A stretch of 64,000 nt of DNA, from the NCBI GenBank assembly GCA_964016885.1, contig OZ024756.1, positions 12,958,001-13,022,000 on the forward strand, given 5' to 3'. Shown here piece by piece: positions 25,717 through 39,248 of this stretch. The position numbers and the translations under genes were made by a program. Below the pieces are notes generated by a model. It made no database searches. It was given only the letters and a program-made list of their open reading frames with translations, and was not told where the DNA came from. The stretch comes from Eledone cirrhosa. Its lineage: Eukaryota. The stretch's first letter is position 1. The number at the start of each line of letters is the position of its first letter.

Positions 25717-25969
25717 GCAAGTTAATTTTGAAAGCATTTTGTTTTTCATTTATTTGCTAGTCTTGGAGGGAGGGCAGTGCTTATGGAATTCACAAGCCCT
25801 CTTTTGATTTTAACTTTCAGTAGGGGTGGTGGTTTGATTGTGGGAGTGAATGAAACTGTATAAACAGCGAGATTCTAATGACATGTCTGTAATATTGGAG
25901 TTGTGTTCTAACAACATGGAGAAGTAGCAGCTCTATCTGGAGTGACTCCCTCATCTCCAAGCTATGTAT

Positions 25970-27415
25970 ACCACTACACTCTAACACCACCATACCACTA
26001 CACTTTAACATCACCACCACACAACTACACCACTTCCTTCTAACAACACCACCACACCACTTCCCTCTAACAACACCACCACACCACTACACTCTAACAA
26101 CACCACCATACCACTACACTCTAACATCACCACCACACCACCACACCACCACACCACCACACCACCACACCACCTGCTTCTAACAACACCACCACACCAC
26201 CATACCACTTCCCTCTAACAACACCACCACACCACCATACCACTTCCCTCTAACAACACCACCACACCACTACACCACCTGCCTCTAACAACACCACCAC
26301 ACCACCATACCACCTGCCTCTAACAACACCACCACACCACCATACCACTTCTCTCTAACACCACCACCACACCACCATACCACTACATTCTGACAACTCC
26401 ATCATACAGGTATTTTATTTTATCAACCCCCACCCCTTCCCAAAGTTGACCTTGGTGGGGAACTCAGCTAATAGTACCTGAAGTTCCATCAATCCCCCTT
26501 CCAACCTTGTCTTTGAAATGCCAGGTTAGGTTTCAGGCTTTGTTGAGAAGAGGGGAAGAGGTATGGAGCAGAAGGCTAGCAGCCTTACCTCCATTAATCA
26601 AAATTGCTACAGAAATGATGAGCAGATTCTTGGCCTGAGGGCAGAGAGCTCAAACATTTTGCGTGGTGATGGTGGTGGTGGCCGTGGTGGTGGTGGTGGT
26701 GGTGGTGGTTTACTAAAGAAAATATTGTTATGTCAGTCAACACACAAACACTCACACACAAACTCACACCCACATACACACAAACACTCACACACAAACA
26801 CTCACACACATACACTCACACACAAACTCACACCCACATACACACAAACACTCACACACAAACACTCACACACACTCACACACTCACACACTCACACACA
26901 TACACTCACACACATACTCACACACATACTCACACCCACATACACTCACACACATACACTCATACACTCACACACATACACTCACACACATACTCACACC
27001 CACATACACTCACGCACAAACACTCACAAACATACACTCACACACAATCACTCACACACAAACACTCACACACATACACACACACAAACACTCACACACA
27101 TACACTCTAACATACCTTCATATACATATACTAAGACAGACACATGCACATACAAAATGTGATGACTACACTCTCCCATATACTCACACACATTATGTGT
27201 ATGTTATGTGTAGATGTATGTGTGTGTGTGTGTGTGTGTGTAATTCTCTGGGGCCCAACCTTTATAACGAACACATACACACACTAATGAACACATACAC
27301 ACACTAACGAACACATACACACACTAACGAACACATACACACACTAACAAACACATACACACACTAACAAACACATACACACACTAACAAACACACACAC
27401 TAACAAACATATACA
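25970..27415. repeat. CAC-rich and CA-rich simple repeats (25970-26400, 26735-27110, 27265-27415)
   Basis: Direct reading. Confidence 0.9.
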
Positions 27416-27707
27416 CACGTCTATACAAAATGTAAGTCGTTGTCATCGTGGTTTACTGTAGTTGACTATAAAAATATTATTTTAGATAAAATCTTATATT
27501 GTGTTAATCCAAATGAAAATAAAAATTACATGTTGACACTCCCTTGTAAAATTTGATTTGGTTTGTTCCAGCCGTTAGAGAATGCATAGGAACAGACAGA
27601 GAGAGGCAAAGAATTTTATATATAGAAAGATAGATTTTGATATGTTTCCTCAAGTTTGTTTAAGCAGTTTCTCATTTCCTTTTCCTGTCCTATTTGACAA
27701 TCTTCAG

Positions 27708-27903
27708 GTCTATCTCAAGTATAACTTACCTGTACAAGTCCAGCGACTAATTGTGTCACACAAAATTCCCAAAGAAAAGGATGTGCTTTCCAAATACGGC
27801 ATCAAAGAAGGAAGCGGAGTATTTATTTACCTAGTTCCTGCCAATAAAGTTAACCTGACAAAGGAACAATTTGATAAAGAAAGAACCGCAACTGAATTAC
27901 AAA
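27708..27903 (+). CDS. RBCK1: RBCK1 exon C, second half of the UBL domain
   Basis: cttcag|; VYLKYNLPVQVQRLIV...YGIKEGSGVFIYLV resembles VFLDYGFPPVLQQWVI...HGVRQNGDSAYLYL; donor a|gtaatt, phase 1. Confidence 0.9.
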
Positions 27904-28902
27904 GTAATTAAAACTTTTCTATATTTAATGGTGGTAGTTCTTTGTTTTGTTGCCTCTTTTGTTTTTATTTTATTATTTGATATGTGCATTACTCTGTGTA
28001 AGTGTATTTTTACATACAATGTTGTGTGTCCACACTGTAAAGTGGTCATGTAGGTGACATTACAAAAAGTAACTAGCACGCACTGTAAATGTGATTGACG
28101 TTAGGAAGGGCATCCAGCTGTAGAAACCAAGCCAAAATCAGCTCTGGGTGAGCAAAACACGGTCCTCTGACCTGATTCTCTCCCAAAGAGTCAGCCCATC
28201 CTACCCATCCTAGCATGGAAAATGGACGTTAAACAATGATGATGATGATGATGATGAATGTTATGTGTATGTGTATATTTCTATGTACATTGTTGTGTGT
28301 GTGTATTTGTAAATATAATATTGTCTGTGTGTGTGTGTATTTGTACATAAAATATTGTGGTGGGCATATGTCTGTTGTTATTTGAAAACTGGACAAACCA
28401 TTACCCACTGTCACTTTGAAAATAGAGTGCACATTATTTCAATACTGGACATAGCGTTATCTAATGCCTTCTTCTTCTTCACCCACTTATTCCTGAGAGG
28501 GTTGTGGAGGCAGAGTCCTCAAACTCTCCTTCAAGCAGGTCCTGTCATGAGCAACCATCTCCAACTGATCTAGCTGGATCCTCAAGCATAACCAGCCAAG
28601 CTCATGGATGTTCTCCAACCATCTTGCTCGGGGACTACCCCTAGGTCTCTTGCCGGTTGGTTTTGCCTGTAAAATCTGTCCAGCGATTCTTTCTTGAGAC
28701 ATTCTAACCACATGCCTATAGTATCGGAGCTGTGATCTCCCAATTTGGAGAATAGCGACTCTACCTGGAGTGACTCTGATCTCCGAGCTACGCACTTTAT
28801 TGAGTAACGTTACTCCAAAGACCCTTTAGAAGAATCCCATTTTGTATTTATGATTGTATTCTTTTGGTCATTACCCATTATCTAATGTTTCTTTGAAAAT
28901 AG

Positions 28903-30066
28903 ATAACCCTTTAGCATTTACATTATTTTATATATACTATTATATTTTCGTAGTAAAGGTTTTACCACACATAATTATCCCACATAATATCGAATCTATG
29001 AGATTTTGAAAGTATTTATTTTGAGAAAAATATCTTAACATCAGTTTGAGTGACCAGTTACAGCCAGTTTCAACAGAAAGTGGTAGAGAATTCTGGTCGG
29101 TTTTGGCCGGTTTGAACACTAAAGGGTTAAAGAAATGTTATTTCAATACTGGACATAGTGTTATCTAATGTTTCTTTGAAGTGATTTGAGTCACTTTGTT
29201 CCATGGAAAGCAAAAGGAGTTAAAGAAATAAACATATTGTGTATCACTAGATATAGAAAATAGTCATGCTTTTATATATACAGCTATGTTTAGCTAACAC
29301 CTTAACCCTTTAGTGTTCAAACCGGCCAGAATTCTCTACCTCTTTCTATTGAAACTGGCTGTAACTGGCCACTCAAACTGATGTTAAGATATTATTTTCA
29401 AAATAAATACTTTCAAAATCTCATAGATTCGATATTATGTGAGATAATTATGTGAGGTAAAGCATTTACCATTAAAATATAATAGTATATATAAAATAAT
29501 GTGAATGTTAAAGGGTTAATTATATATATATATATGTGTGTGTGTGTGTAGAAATATATATATATTGACAGTCAATCGATAAGATCCCAGACCTTATCAA
29601 ATCGGCCCAAGGAAACAATATTGCTAATACTATCTACCGGTCACAAATCCAGGCAGAAGGAGCAACATGGAATAAAGTGTCTTGCTCAAGGACATAACGC
29701 ATCGCCTGATCCAGGAATCAAACTCATAACCTCACGATTGCAAATCCAATTCTCTAACCACTCAGCCATGTGTCTTCACTAATATATATATGTACACACA
29801 CACACACACACGCACACATACATATACACACAGATGTAAATATTTTTAACCCTTTAGCATTTAAACTGGCTGTATCCGGCCAGAATTTCCTCACCTCTTT
29901 CTGTTCAAACCAGCCATAACTGACAACTCATACTGATGTTAAGCTATTGTTCTCAAAATAAATAACAACAAAATCTCATAGATTCGATATTATGTCAGAT
30001 ATGTAAGATAAAGCCTTAACCACAAAAGTACAATAGTAAATAGTAATGTAAATATTAAAGGGCTAA
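28903..30066. mobile_element. Three piggyBac-type MITEs (28903-29130, 29302-29519 in opposite orientation, 29846-30066) with a SINE A fragment between them
   Basis: CCCTTTAG/CTAAAGGG termini with TTAA-like flanks; shared internal sequence. Confidence 0.85.
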
Positions 30067-30492
30067 AGTGCTGCTGCCACATTTGACTAATCTCATGACA
30101 TACACCTGTTAACTAAACTGAATTTCTTTGTGGAGGGGTTTATTAATTTACACTTCCAGTTGGATAAGATATTATCCTGCCTTCAAAAGTAATATAACGT
30201 ATAATATGCATGGCAAGACATGCAGTCTTTTGTGTTGGGAAGTTGTTTTAGCTTCAGTGTTTTTAATTTGTAGATGAGATCATTCTGTTTGTGTTAGTGA
30301 TATTGTTTAGCATGAGTTCTAGTGTGTTACACTACACAGTTCTAATGTGTTACACAACGCACTTCTAGTGTGTTACACAACCCACTTCTAGTGTGTTACA
30401 CTACACACCTCTAATATGTTACACTACACACCTCTGATGTGTTACACTACCCAATTCTGATGTTTTACACTACGCACTTCTAATGCATTACA

Positions 30493-31806
30493 CTAGATTC
30501 ATGTAGCATTAAGTGACTGAGTGTACACGATTCATGTAGCATTAAGTGACTGAGTGTACACGATTCATGTAGCATTAAGTGACTGAGTGTACACAATTCA
30601 TGTAGGATTAAGTGACTGAGTGTACAAGATTCATGTAGCATTAAGTGACTGAGTGTACAAGATTCATGTAGCATTAAGTGACTGAGTGTACAAGATTCAT
30701 GTAGCATTAAGTGACTGAGTGTACACGATTCATGTAGCATTAAGTGACTGAGTGTACAAGATTCATGTAGGATTAAGTGACTGAGTGTACACGATTCATG
30801 TAGGATTAAGTGACAGAGTGTACAAGATTCATGTAGCATTAAGTGACTGAGTGTACACGATTCATGTAGCATTAAGTGACTGAGTGTACAAGATTCATGT
30901 AGCATTAAGTGACTGAGTACACGATTCATGTAGCATTAAGTGACAGTGTACAAGATTCATGTAGCATTAAGTGACTGAGTGTACACGATTCATGTAGCAT
31001 TAAGTGACAGTGTACAAGATTCATGTAGCATTAAGTGACTGAGTGTACAAGATTCATGTAGCATTAAGTGACTGAGTGTACGAGATTCATGTAGGATTAA
31101 GTGACTGAGTGTACAAGATTCATGTAGCATTAAGTGACTGAGTGTACGAGATTCATGTAGGATTAAGTGACTGAGTGTACAAGATTCATGTAGGATTAAG
31201 TGACTGAGTGTACAAGATTCATGTAGGATTAACTGACTGAGTGTACAAGATTCATGTAGGATTAACTGACTGAGTGTACAAGATTCATGTAGGATTAACT
31301 GACTGAGTGTACAAGATTCATGTAGGATTAACTGACTGAGTGTACAAGATTCATGTAGGATTAACTGACTGAGTGTACAAGATTCATGTAGGATTAAGTG
31401 ACTGAGTGTACAAGATTCATGTAGGATGAAGTGACTGAGTGTACAAGATTCATGTAGGATTAAGTGACTGAGTGTACAAGATTCATGTAGCATTAAGTGA
31501 CTGAGTGTACACAATTCATGTAGCATTAAGTGACTGAGTGTACACAATTCATGTAGGATTAAGTGACTGAGTGTACAAGATTCATGTAGGATTAACTGAC
31601 TGAGTGTACAAGATTCATGTAGGATTAAGTGACTGAGTGTACAAGATTCATGTAGGATTAACTGACTGAGTGTACAAGATTCATGTAGGATTAAGTGACT
31701 GAGTGTACAAGATTCATGTAGGATGAAGTGACTGGGTGTACAAGATTCATGTAGCATTAAGTGACTGAGTGTACAAGATTCATGTAGCATTAAATGACTG
31801 AGTGTA
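30493..31806. repeat. 33-bp minisatellite (GATTCATGTAGCATTAAGTGACTGAGTGTACAA), about 39 copies
   Basis: Direct periodicity. Confidence 0.97.
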
Positions 31807-31882
31807 AATCCGTCCATCACAAGGTTAACTACCAGCTGTTGGTGCTTTTAATTTTTTTTCAGTAAAGTGGTCTGGAGCAACA

Positions 31883-32301
31883 TTAACCCACTACCATTTA
31901 CATTACTCTATGTTTACTATTATATTTTCACATTTAACCCTTTAGTATTCACATTACTCTCTATATACTATTATATTTTCATGGTAAAGACTTTACCTCA
32001 CATAATTATCTCACATAATATCGAATCTATGAGATTTTGAAAGTATTTATTTTGAGAACAATACCTTAATATCAGTTTGAGTGACCAGTTACAGCCAGTT
32101 TCAACAGAAAGAGGTAGAGAATTCTGGCCGGTTTGAACATTAAAGGGTTAAAAGGCTTTACCTTACATAATTATCTCCCATAATATTGAATATATGAGAT
32201 TTTGATAATATTTATTTTGAGAACAATACCTTAACATAAGTATGAGCAGCCAGTTACAGCCGGTTTGGTTGGATATGGCAGTTTAAATGCTAAAGAGTTA
32301 A
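31883..32301. mobile_element. Nested piggyBac-type MITEs (inner copy 31934-32151)
   Basis: A complete TTAA-flanked copy interrupts an older copy of the same family. Confidence 0.8.
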
Positions 32302-32411
32302 ATGAAATGCCTTGCCCATGGAGGGAATACACAGCTTTGTCCCATGATCGAAACCATGACCTTACAATTGGGAGACCATCATCCTAACCACTAAGATTCA
32401 CAGCTTCATAA

Positions 32412-34570
32412 TTACTGGTCAGTGGCTGGAGATATAGCAGGTAGTGGTCAGTGGCTGGAGATATGCAGGTACTGGTCAATGGCTGGAGATATAGCAGGTA
32501 CTGGTCAGTAGCTGGAGATATAGCAGGTAATGGTCAGTAGCTGGAGATATAACAGGTACTGGTCAGTAGCTGGAGATATAGCAGGTAGTGGTCAGTAGCT
32601 GGAGATGTAGCAGGTACTGGTCAGTAGCTGGAGGTACTGGTCAGTAGCTGGAGATATAACAGGTACTGGTCAGTGGCTGGAGATATAGCAGGTACTGGTC
32701 AGTAGCTGGAGATGTAGCAGGTAATGGTCAGTAGCTGGAGATATAGCAGGTAATGGTCAGTGGCTGGAGATATAGCAGGTACTGGTCAATGGCTGGAGAT
32801 ATAGCAGGTAGTGGTCAGTGGCTGGAGATGTAGCAGGTACTGGTCAATGGCTGGAGATGTAGCAGGTACTGGTCAATGGCAGGAGATATAGCAGATAGTG
32901 GTCAGTGGCTGGAGATGTAGCAGGTACTGGTCAGTAGCTGGAGATATAGCAGGTACTGGTCAATGGCAGGAGATATAGCAGGTAGTGGTCAGTAGCTGGA
33001 GATATAGCAGGTACTGGTCAATGGCTGGAGATGTAGCAGGTACTGGTCAATGGCAGGAGATATAGCAGATAGTGGTCAGTGGCTGGAGATGTAGCAGGTA
33101 CTGGTCAGTAGCTGGAGATATAGCAGGTACTGGTCAATGGCAGGAGATGTAGCAGGTACTGGTCAATGGCAGGAGATATAACAGGTAGTGGTCAGTGGCT
33201 GGAGATGTAGCAGGTACTGGTCAGTAGCTGGAGATATAGCAGGTAATGGTCAGTGGCTGGAGATATAGAAGGTACTGGTCAATGGCTGGAGATGTAGCAG
33301 GTACTGGTCAGTGGCAGGAGATATGGCAGGTAGTGGTCAGTGGCTGGAGATGTAGCAGGTACTGGTCAATGGCTGGAGATGTAGCAGGTAGTGGTCAGTG
33401 GCTGGAGATGTAGCAGGTACTGGTCAATGGCTGGAGATATAGCAGGTAGTGGTCAGTGGCTGGAGATATAACAGGTACTGGTCAGTAGCTGGAGATATAG
33501 CAGGTACTGGTCAATGGCTGGAGATGTAGCAGGTACTGATCAATGGCTGGAGATGTAGCAGGTACTGGTCAGTAGCTGGAGATATAGGGGTAGTGGTCAG
33601 TGGCTGGAGATATAGCAGGTACTGGTCAGTAGCTGGAGATATAGCATGTACTGGTCAATGGCAGGAGATATAGCATGTACTGGTCAATGGCAGGAGATAT
33701 AGGAAGTACTGGTCAATGGCAGGAGATGTAGCAGGTACTGGTCAATGGCTGGATATATTGCAGGTAGTGGTCAGTGGCTGGAGATATTGCAGGTAGTGGT
33801 CAGTGGCTGGAGATATGCAGGTACTGGTCAGTGGCTGGAGATGAAGCAGGTACTGGTCAATGGTTGGAGATGTGGCAGGTACTGGTCAGTGGTTGGAGAT
33901 ATAGGAGGTGCTGGTGAGTGACTGGAGATATAGCTGGTACCGGTCAGTGGCTGGAGATATAGCAGGTACCGGTCAGTGGCTGGAGATGTAGTAGTTACTG
34001 GTCAATGGCTGGAGATATAGCAAGTACTGGTCAGTGGCTGGAGTTGTAGTAGTTACTGGTGAGTGGCTGGAGATGTTGCAGGTACTGGTCAGTAGCTGGA
34101 GATATAGGGGTAGTGGTCAGTGGCTGGAGATATAGCAGGTACGGGTCAGTAGTTGGAGATATAGCAGGTACTGGTGAGTGGCTGGAGATATAGGAGTAGT
34201 GGTCAGTGGCTGGAGATATAGGGGTAGTGGTCAGTGGCTGGAGATATAGGGGTAGTGGTCAGTGGTTGGAGATATAGGAGGTACTGATCAGTGGTTGGAG
34301 ATATAGGAGGTACTGGTTAGTGGCCTGAGATATAGGGGTAGTGGTCAGTGGCTGGAAATATAGGGGGTACTGGTTAGTGGCTGGAGATATAGGGGTAGTG
34401 GTCAGTGGCTGGAGATATAGGGGTAGTGGTCAGGTCAGTGGCTGGATATATAGGAGGTACTGCTCAGTGGCTGGAGATATAGGGGGGTACTGGTCAGTGG
34501 TTGGAGATATAGCAGGTACTGGTCATCACTGGAGATATATGGGGTTTGGGTCAGTGGTTAGAGACATAGG
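32412..34570. repeat. 29-bp minisatellite (TGGTCAGTGGCTGGAGATATAGCAGGTAC), about 74 copies; inverted block at 35553-35823
   Basis: Direct periodicity; reverse-complement units CAGTACCTCCTATATCTCCAGCCACTGAC downstream. Confidence 0.96.
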
Positions 34571-34724
34571 GGTCATCAGAGACTGAATGAATAAACTGTG
34601 AAGTGACCAGCTTAGAGTATAGGAACTGTTAAGAGAAATAAAGAGGAAGGTGTCAGGAAAATAGTATTGACTGATATGAGATATACATTCGTGGAAATGT
34701 CTAAAGTAAACTATAGAATAGCAG

Positions 34725-35366
34725 GGTTGATCAGGAAATCTGGTGTAGTAATCTCTTGTTGAAGTGGACATTGTGGATCAGGACATCTGGTGTGATACAT
34801 TGTTGAAGGACAGTCATCGTGGCTCAGGACATCTGGTGTAACACATGTCTTGAAGAAGGACTGTCATTGTGGATCAGGAGATCTGGTGTAACACATGTCT
34901 TGTTGAAGGACAGTCATTGTGGCTCAGGACATCTGGTGTAACACATGTCTTGTTGAAAGACAGTCGTTGTGGCTCAGGACATCTGGTGTAACACATGTCT
35001 TGTTGAAAGACAGTCGTTGTGGATCAGGAGATCTGGTGTAACACATGTCTTATTGAAGGACAGTCATTGTGGATCAGGAGATCTGGTGTAACACATGTCT
35101 TGTTGAAGGACAGTCATTGTGGATCTGGTGTAACACATGTCTTGTTGAAAGATAGTCATTGTGGCTCAGGACATCTGGTGTAATATATCTGTTGTTGAAG
35201 GACAGTCATTGTGGATCAGGAGATCTGGTGTAACACATGTCTTGTTGAAGGACAGTCATTGTGGCTCAGGATATCTGGTGTAACACATGTCTTATTGAAG
35301 GACAGTCATTGTGGATCAGGACATCTGGTGTAATATATCTGTTGTTGAAGGACAGTCATTGTGGAT
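34725..35366. repeat. 50-bp minisatellite, about 12 copies
   Basis: ATCTGGTGTAACACATGTCT recurs at 34881, 34931 and 34981. Confidence 0.95.
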
Positions 35367-35942
35367 GAAGAAACCTCTGCCCAATATACCCTGTTTGAAT
35401 AGCAAGAAATCTTTTTAAAAATTAGTAGCAAACTTTATTTTCTAGAGTAGTTGAGTTGATAAGTTGAAACCCAGTTGTTGGGTTATGTGATCTGTATTTG
35501 TGGTGATGTCTGAAATAAACTCTGTAGTTGCAGACCTGAAGATTTCAAATAACAGTACCTCCTATATCTCCAGCCACTGACCAGTACCCCCTATATTTCC
35601 AGCTACTGAGCAGTACCTTTATATCTCCAGCCACTCACCAGTACCTCCTATATCTCCAGCCACTGACCAGTACCCCCTATATTTCCAGCCACTGACCACT
35701 ACCCCTATATCTCCAGCCACTCACCAGTACCCCCTATATCTCCAGCCACTCACCAGTACCTCCTATATCTCCAACGACTGGGCAGTACCCCCTATATATC
35801 CAGCAACTGACCAGTACTCCCTAATGACATAAGCTGTTGCCATGTCATTAGGGCAGTACATTAGCAGAATTATTGGGACATTTGAGAAAATAATTTACAT
35901 ATAGTTTTTGTTACGACCATTTTATGTCTGAGATTTCTGTCT

Positions 35943-36147
35943 TTAACCCTTTAGCATTTAAACCAGCCATATCTGTTCTCACAACTTTCTATTCAAACCA
36001 GCAGTAACTGGCCACTCATAATGATGTTAATGTATTGTTCTCAAAATCTCATAGATTCGGTACTATGTGAGATAATTATCTAAGATAAAGCCTTTACCAT
36101 GGAAATATAATAGTAAATATAGAGTAATGTAAATGTTAAAGGGTTAA
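35943..36147. mobile_element. piggyBac-type MITE ending 31 nt upstream of exon D
   Basis: TTAACCCTTTAG...TAAAGGGTTAA. Confidence 0.85.
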
Positions 36148-36178
36148 AATTGAAGAAATTATTATTTTATTCTGACAG

Positions 36179-36267
36179 TGGCACCAGATGCTGGTCTGAG
36201 AGTTCCAATTGCTGAAATGGCCTATATGCTTGGAAGTTCTCCAGTGGTAGAGAATGATTCTAGCAAG
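36179..36267 (+). CDS. RBCK1: RBCK1 exon D, UBL-NZF linker
   Basis: ttttattctgacag| and AAG|gtatgt; 89 nt bridges the phase 1 end of exon C to the phase 0 start of exon E; (M)APDAGLRVPIAEMAYMLGSSPVVENDSSK. Confidence 0.75.
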
Positions 36268-36478
36268 GTATGTTAGTTGCTCTGTTAATCTTTTCATTAT
36301 ATAAGTTCTCAGATATTCTGTTAATCACACAGTCCTTCATGTGCTTTTTGTAAACTTTTCATTGTTAAGAAAGAAATCACATACCTTGTTATCAGCTGGA
36401 CAGGTTAGTGCTGACATGGGGTTCGGATTATAAAAATATGGTATGTTATTCTTGAACAGAGGCAAATTTAAAAGCATT

Positions 36479-36800
36479 GAGGCACATGGCTTAGTGGTTA
36501 GAGCATTGGCCTTGCAATTGAAAGGTTGTGAGTTCAATTCTCAGACCGGGTGATGTGTTGTTTCCTTGAGCAAGAGACCTTATTTCACATTGCTCCAGTT
36601 TACTCAGCTGTAGAAATGAGATGATAGGGACTGGGGTCCCTATCATTCCACTGCAAAGTGGTCGTGGAGGTGCCATGGCAAAAAAGCACCCATCACTCAC
36701 TGTAAATGAGGTTGGTGTTAGGAAGGGCATCCAGCTGTAGAAATCAAGCCAGAATCAGTTCCTGTCCCGCCCTTGCAAGCAGGGAAAAGCGGACGTAAAA
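36479..36800 (+). mobile_element. SINE family A copy
   Basis: Nearly identical to the 18599 copy. Confidence 0.9.
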
Positions 36801-36809
36801 AAAAAAAGA

Positions 36810-37215
36810 ATGATGAGGAGTTGGTGCTGCCATCAGAGAAGGTTATGAAGCAAATAAAAGGTTATAAGTACTTAGGTATACTGGAAGTTGATGAGATAAT
36901 GCAGGAGGAAAGGAAAGAAAAATTTAAGGTGGAATTACATGTGCAGACTGAGACTTATTCTCAAGTCGAAACTGAATGGATAGAATAAGATAGAAGCTAT
37001 CAATACATGAGCAGTATCATTCCTTAGAATGGGACAGGGGTGATCACGTGGACAGTGGAAGAGCTAAACAGTTTAGACTGAAAGATATGGAAGATATTGA
37101 CTAGATATGGAGTATTTTACCCAAAGGGCGACATAGACAGATTATATGTACCAAGAGAGAAAGAAGAGGACTGATGGGGAGTGAAGACAACATTAGAACA
37201 GAAGAAAATAACATG
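36810..37215 (+). mobile_element. Non-LTR retrotransposon RT fragment, probably R4/Dong-like
   Basis: YKYLGILE ... KLNG*NKIEAINT*AVS motifs with stop codons. Confidence 0.65.
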
Positions 37216-37295
37216 TTACATGGCTGAATACAGTAAATGTAATCTGAGTTTTTCGAAGAGGCTGTTTGCATAATTGCAAACAAATTGAATATTAA

Positions 37296-37480
37296 GGATT
37301 GGCAGTACCAGTAGAGGGTCGGACGCCATGCTTTGACGCATAGAGTTACGGTCCTTGCCATTCTGAGTTCAAATCCCGCCGAGGTTAACTTTGCCTTTCA
37401 TCCTTTCGGGGTCGATAAAATAAGGTACCAGTAATACACTGGGTTAATTGCTGGCCTTGTGCCAAAAGTAGAAACAATTA
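37296..37480 (+). mobile_element. SINE family B copy
   Basis: A and B boxes plus central domain. Confidence 0.85.
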
Positions 37481-37766
37481 TTAATATTTTAAAAACTCTG
37501 ATTACATTTATTGTATTCAGTCATGTAGAATGATAAACTATTTGTTAGTTATTTGAATATGGCAAAGCCGGCCATTAATCGCTTGTATACATGAAACTGA
37601 CTGGCCTATCTGTTGATATGCAAATCTAGCTGATAAGTGGGCCTGCTAATATGCAGATCTGACTGATCAGGCAGTCTGTTAATATGCAAATCAGGCCGAT
37701 CAGTCACTGTATATTTGAGATAATATATATTTTTACTAGCTCTGACAGTTGGAAGGTAAGCAGTAT

Positions 37767-37813
37767 ACTGCACTGATGAAGGGTAATCACCCAGAAACAT
37801 TAGTGTCTGCAGT
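37767..37813 (+). ncRNA. Type I hammerhead ribozyme
   Basis: Stem I ACTGCA/TGCAGT, CTGATGA, stem II GGGT-AATC-ACCC, GAAA, stem III ACA-TTAG-TGT, GUC triplet with cleavage after 37807. Confidence 0.85.
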
Positions 37814-38849
37814 TCTGTTTACATGCCCAGACAAGAGCAAGAATTACGGGGTCATTCTATTGACATGGCTTAAAGAGACTGTTTGCATAATTACAAACGA
37901 ATCAAATATTATTATTAATATTCAAAAAACTCAGGTTACATATATATATCATCATCATCACCATTTTACATCCATCCTGCCATGCTAGCATGTGCTAGAC
38001 AGGTTGTCCTGTTTTGGGCAATGCCAGGTCGGGTGACCATGTCTTGCTCATACGGGAACTGATTCTGGCTTGATTTCTACAGTTGGATGCCCTTCCTAAC
38101 ACCAACCTCATTTACAGTGAGTGGTGGGTGTGTTTTTTTACCATAGTGCCTACACGACCACTTTGCAGTGGGAGGGGGTGGAGGCATATTGTCTATATGC
38201 TTCAGCTTCGGCTTGTACCCGTGGGAAGTCCGGTCTTCTGTATCACAGCTGCTACATGTAAAGCCTACATTCTTAACTAAGCTTCCTATATATATATATA
38301 TATATAAAGTTTATTGGACGGTATGACACAACCAATAATACACCTTACGATATATATATATATATATATATATATCTCGTAAAAAATAAAAATGGTATTT
38401 ATAGGTCTCTACAAGTGGTAGGAGAGGGTGGGGAGTGGGATGGGTGCAGGTCATTGGTTGATAGAAAAGGGAATTCATTAAAAGCTAATTCTACAAAGCT
38501 ATAGTTTATTTTTTTTTATGTTTTTAGAGTAACAAGGGCAGACAGAATTCTATAAACAGGTTCAGGATGGCATACCAATCCTTGTCATTAAGTTTCTCTT
38601 AAGCTAACAGATGTCTATAAAATCAGTGGGGGGTCAGTCATGGTCGATAGAATTAAAGAAAAGGGAGATTCTTTAAAAGCTAAAATCATTAAGGTTCTAC
38701 TAAGTGACAAAGGTCTAGAGAATTCTGCAGACAGATTCAAAATACTGAGTGCATATCTTACTATTATCTTCGAACTTCTCTTAAACTAATCAACTATATG
38801 CCAAAAATCAACAGACACATTCACAAAAAAACAAAAAAACATACTCACT

Positions 38850-38960
38850 CACACACTTACGCGCAACCATAAACACACACACAAACACATATACACACAT
38901 AAAAACACACACACATATATAAAAATATATTCATATACATACATATACATACACACATAC

Positions 38961-38997
<37 letters not shown>

Positions 38998-38999
38998 AG

Positions 39000-39031
<32 letters not shown>

Positions 39032-39196
39032 TATATATACACATACACACACACATACACATACATACACACACACACACATATATACACATATAAATAC
39101 ACTCACACACATACATACAAACACAAATATACATGTGTATACATATACACACAAATACATATAGACATATATACATACATATACACAGACACATAT

Positions 39197-39248
<52 letters not shown>

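Noticed and set aside
30480-31820. His/Cys-rich repeat protein ORFs
   Set aside because: Translation of a 33-bp minisatellite, antisense within an intron
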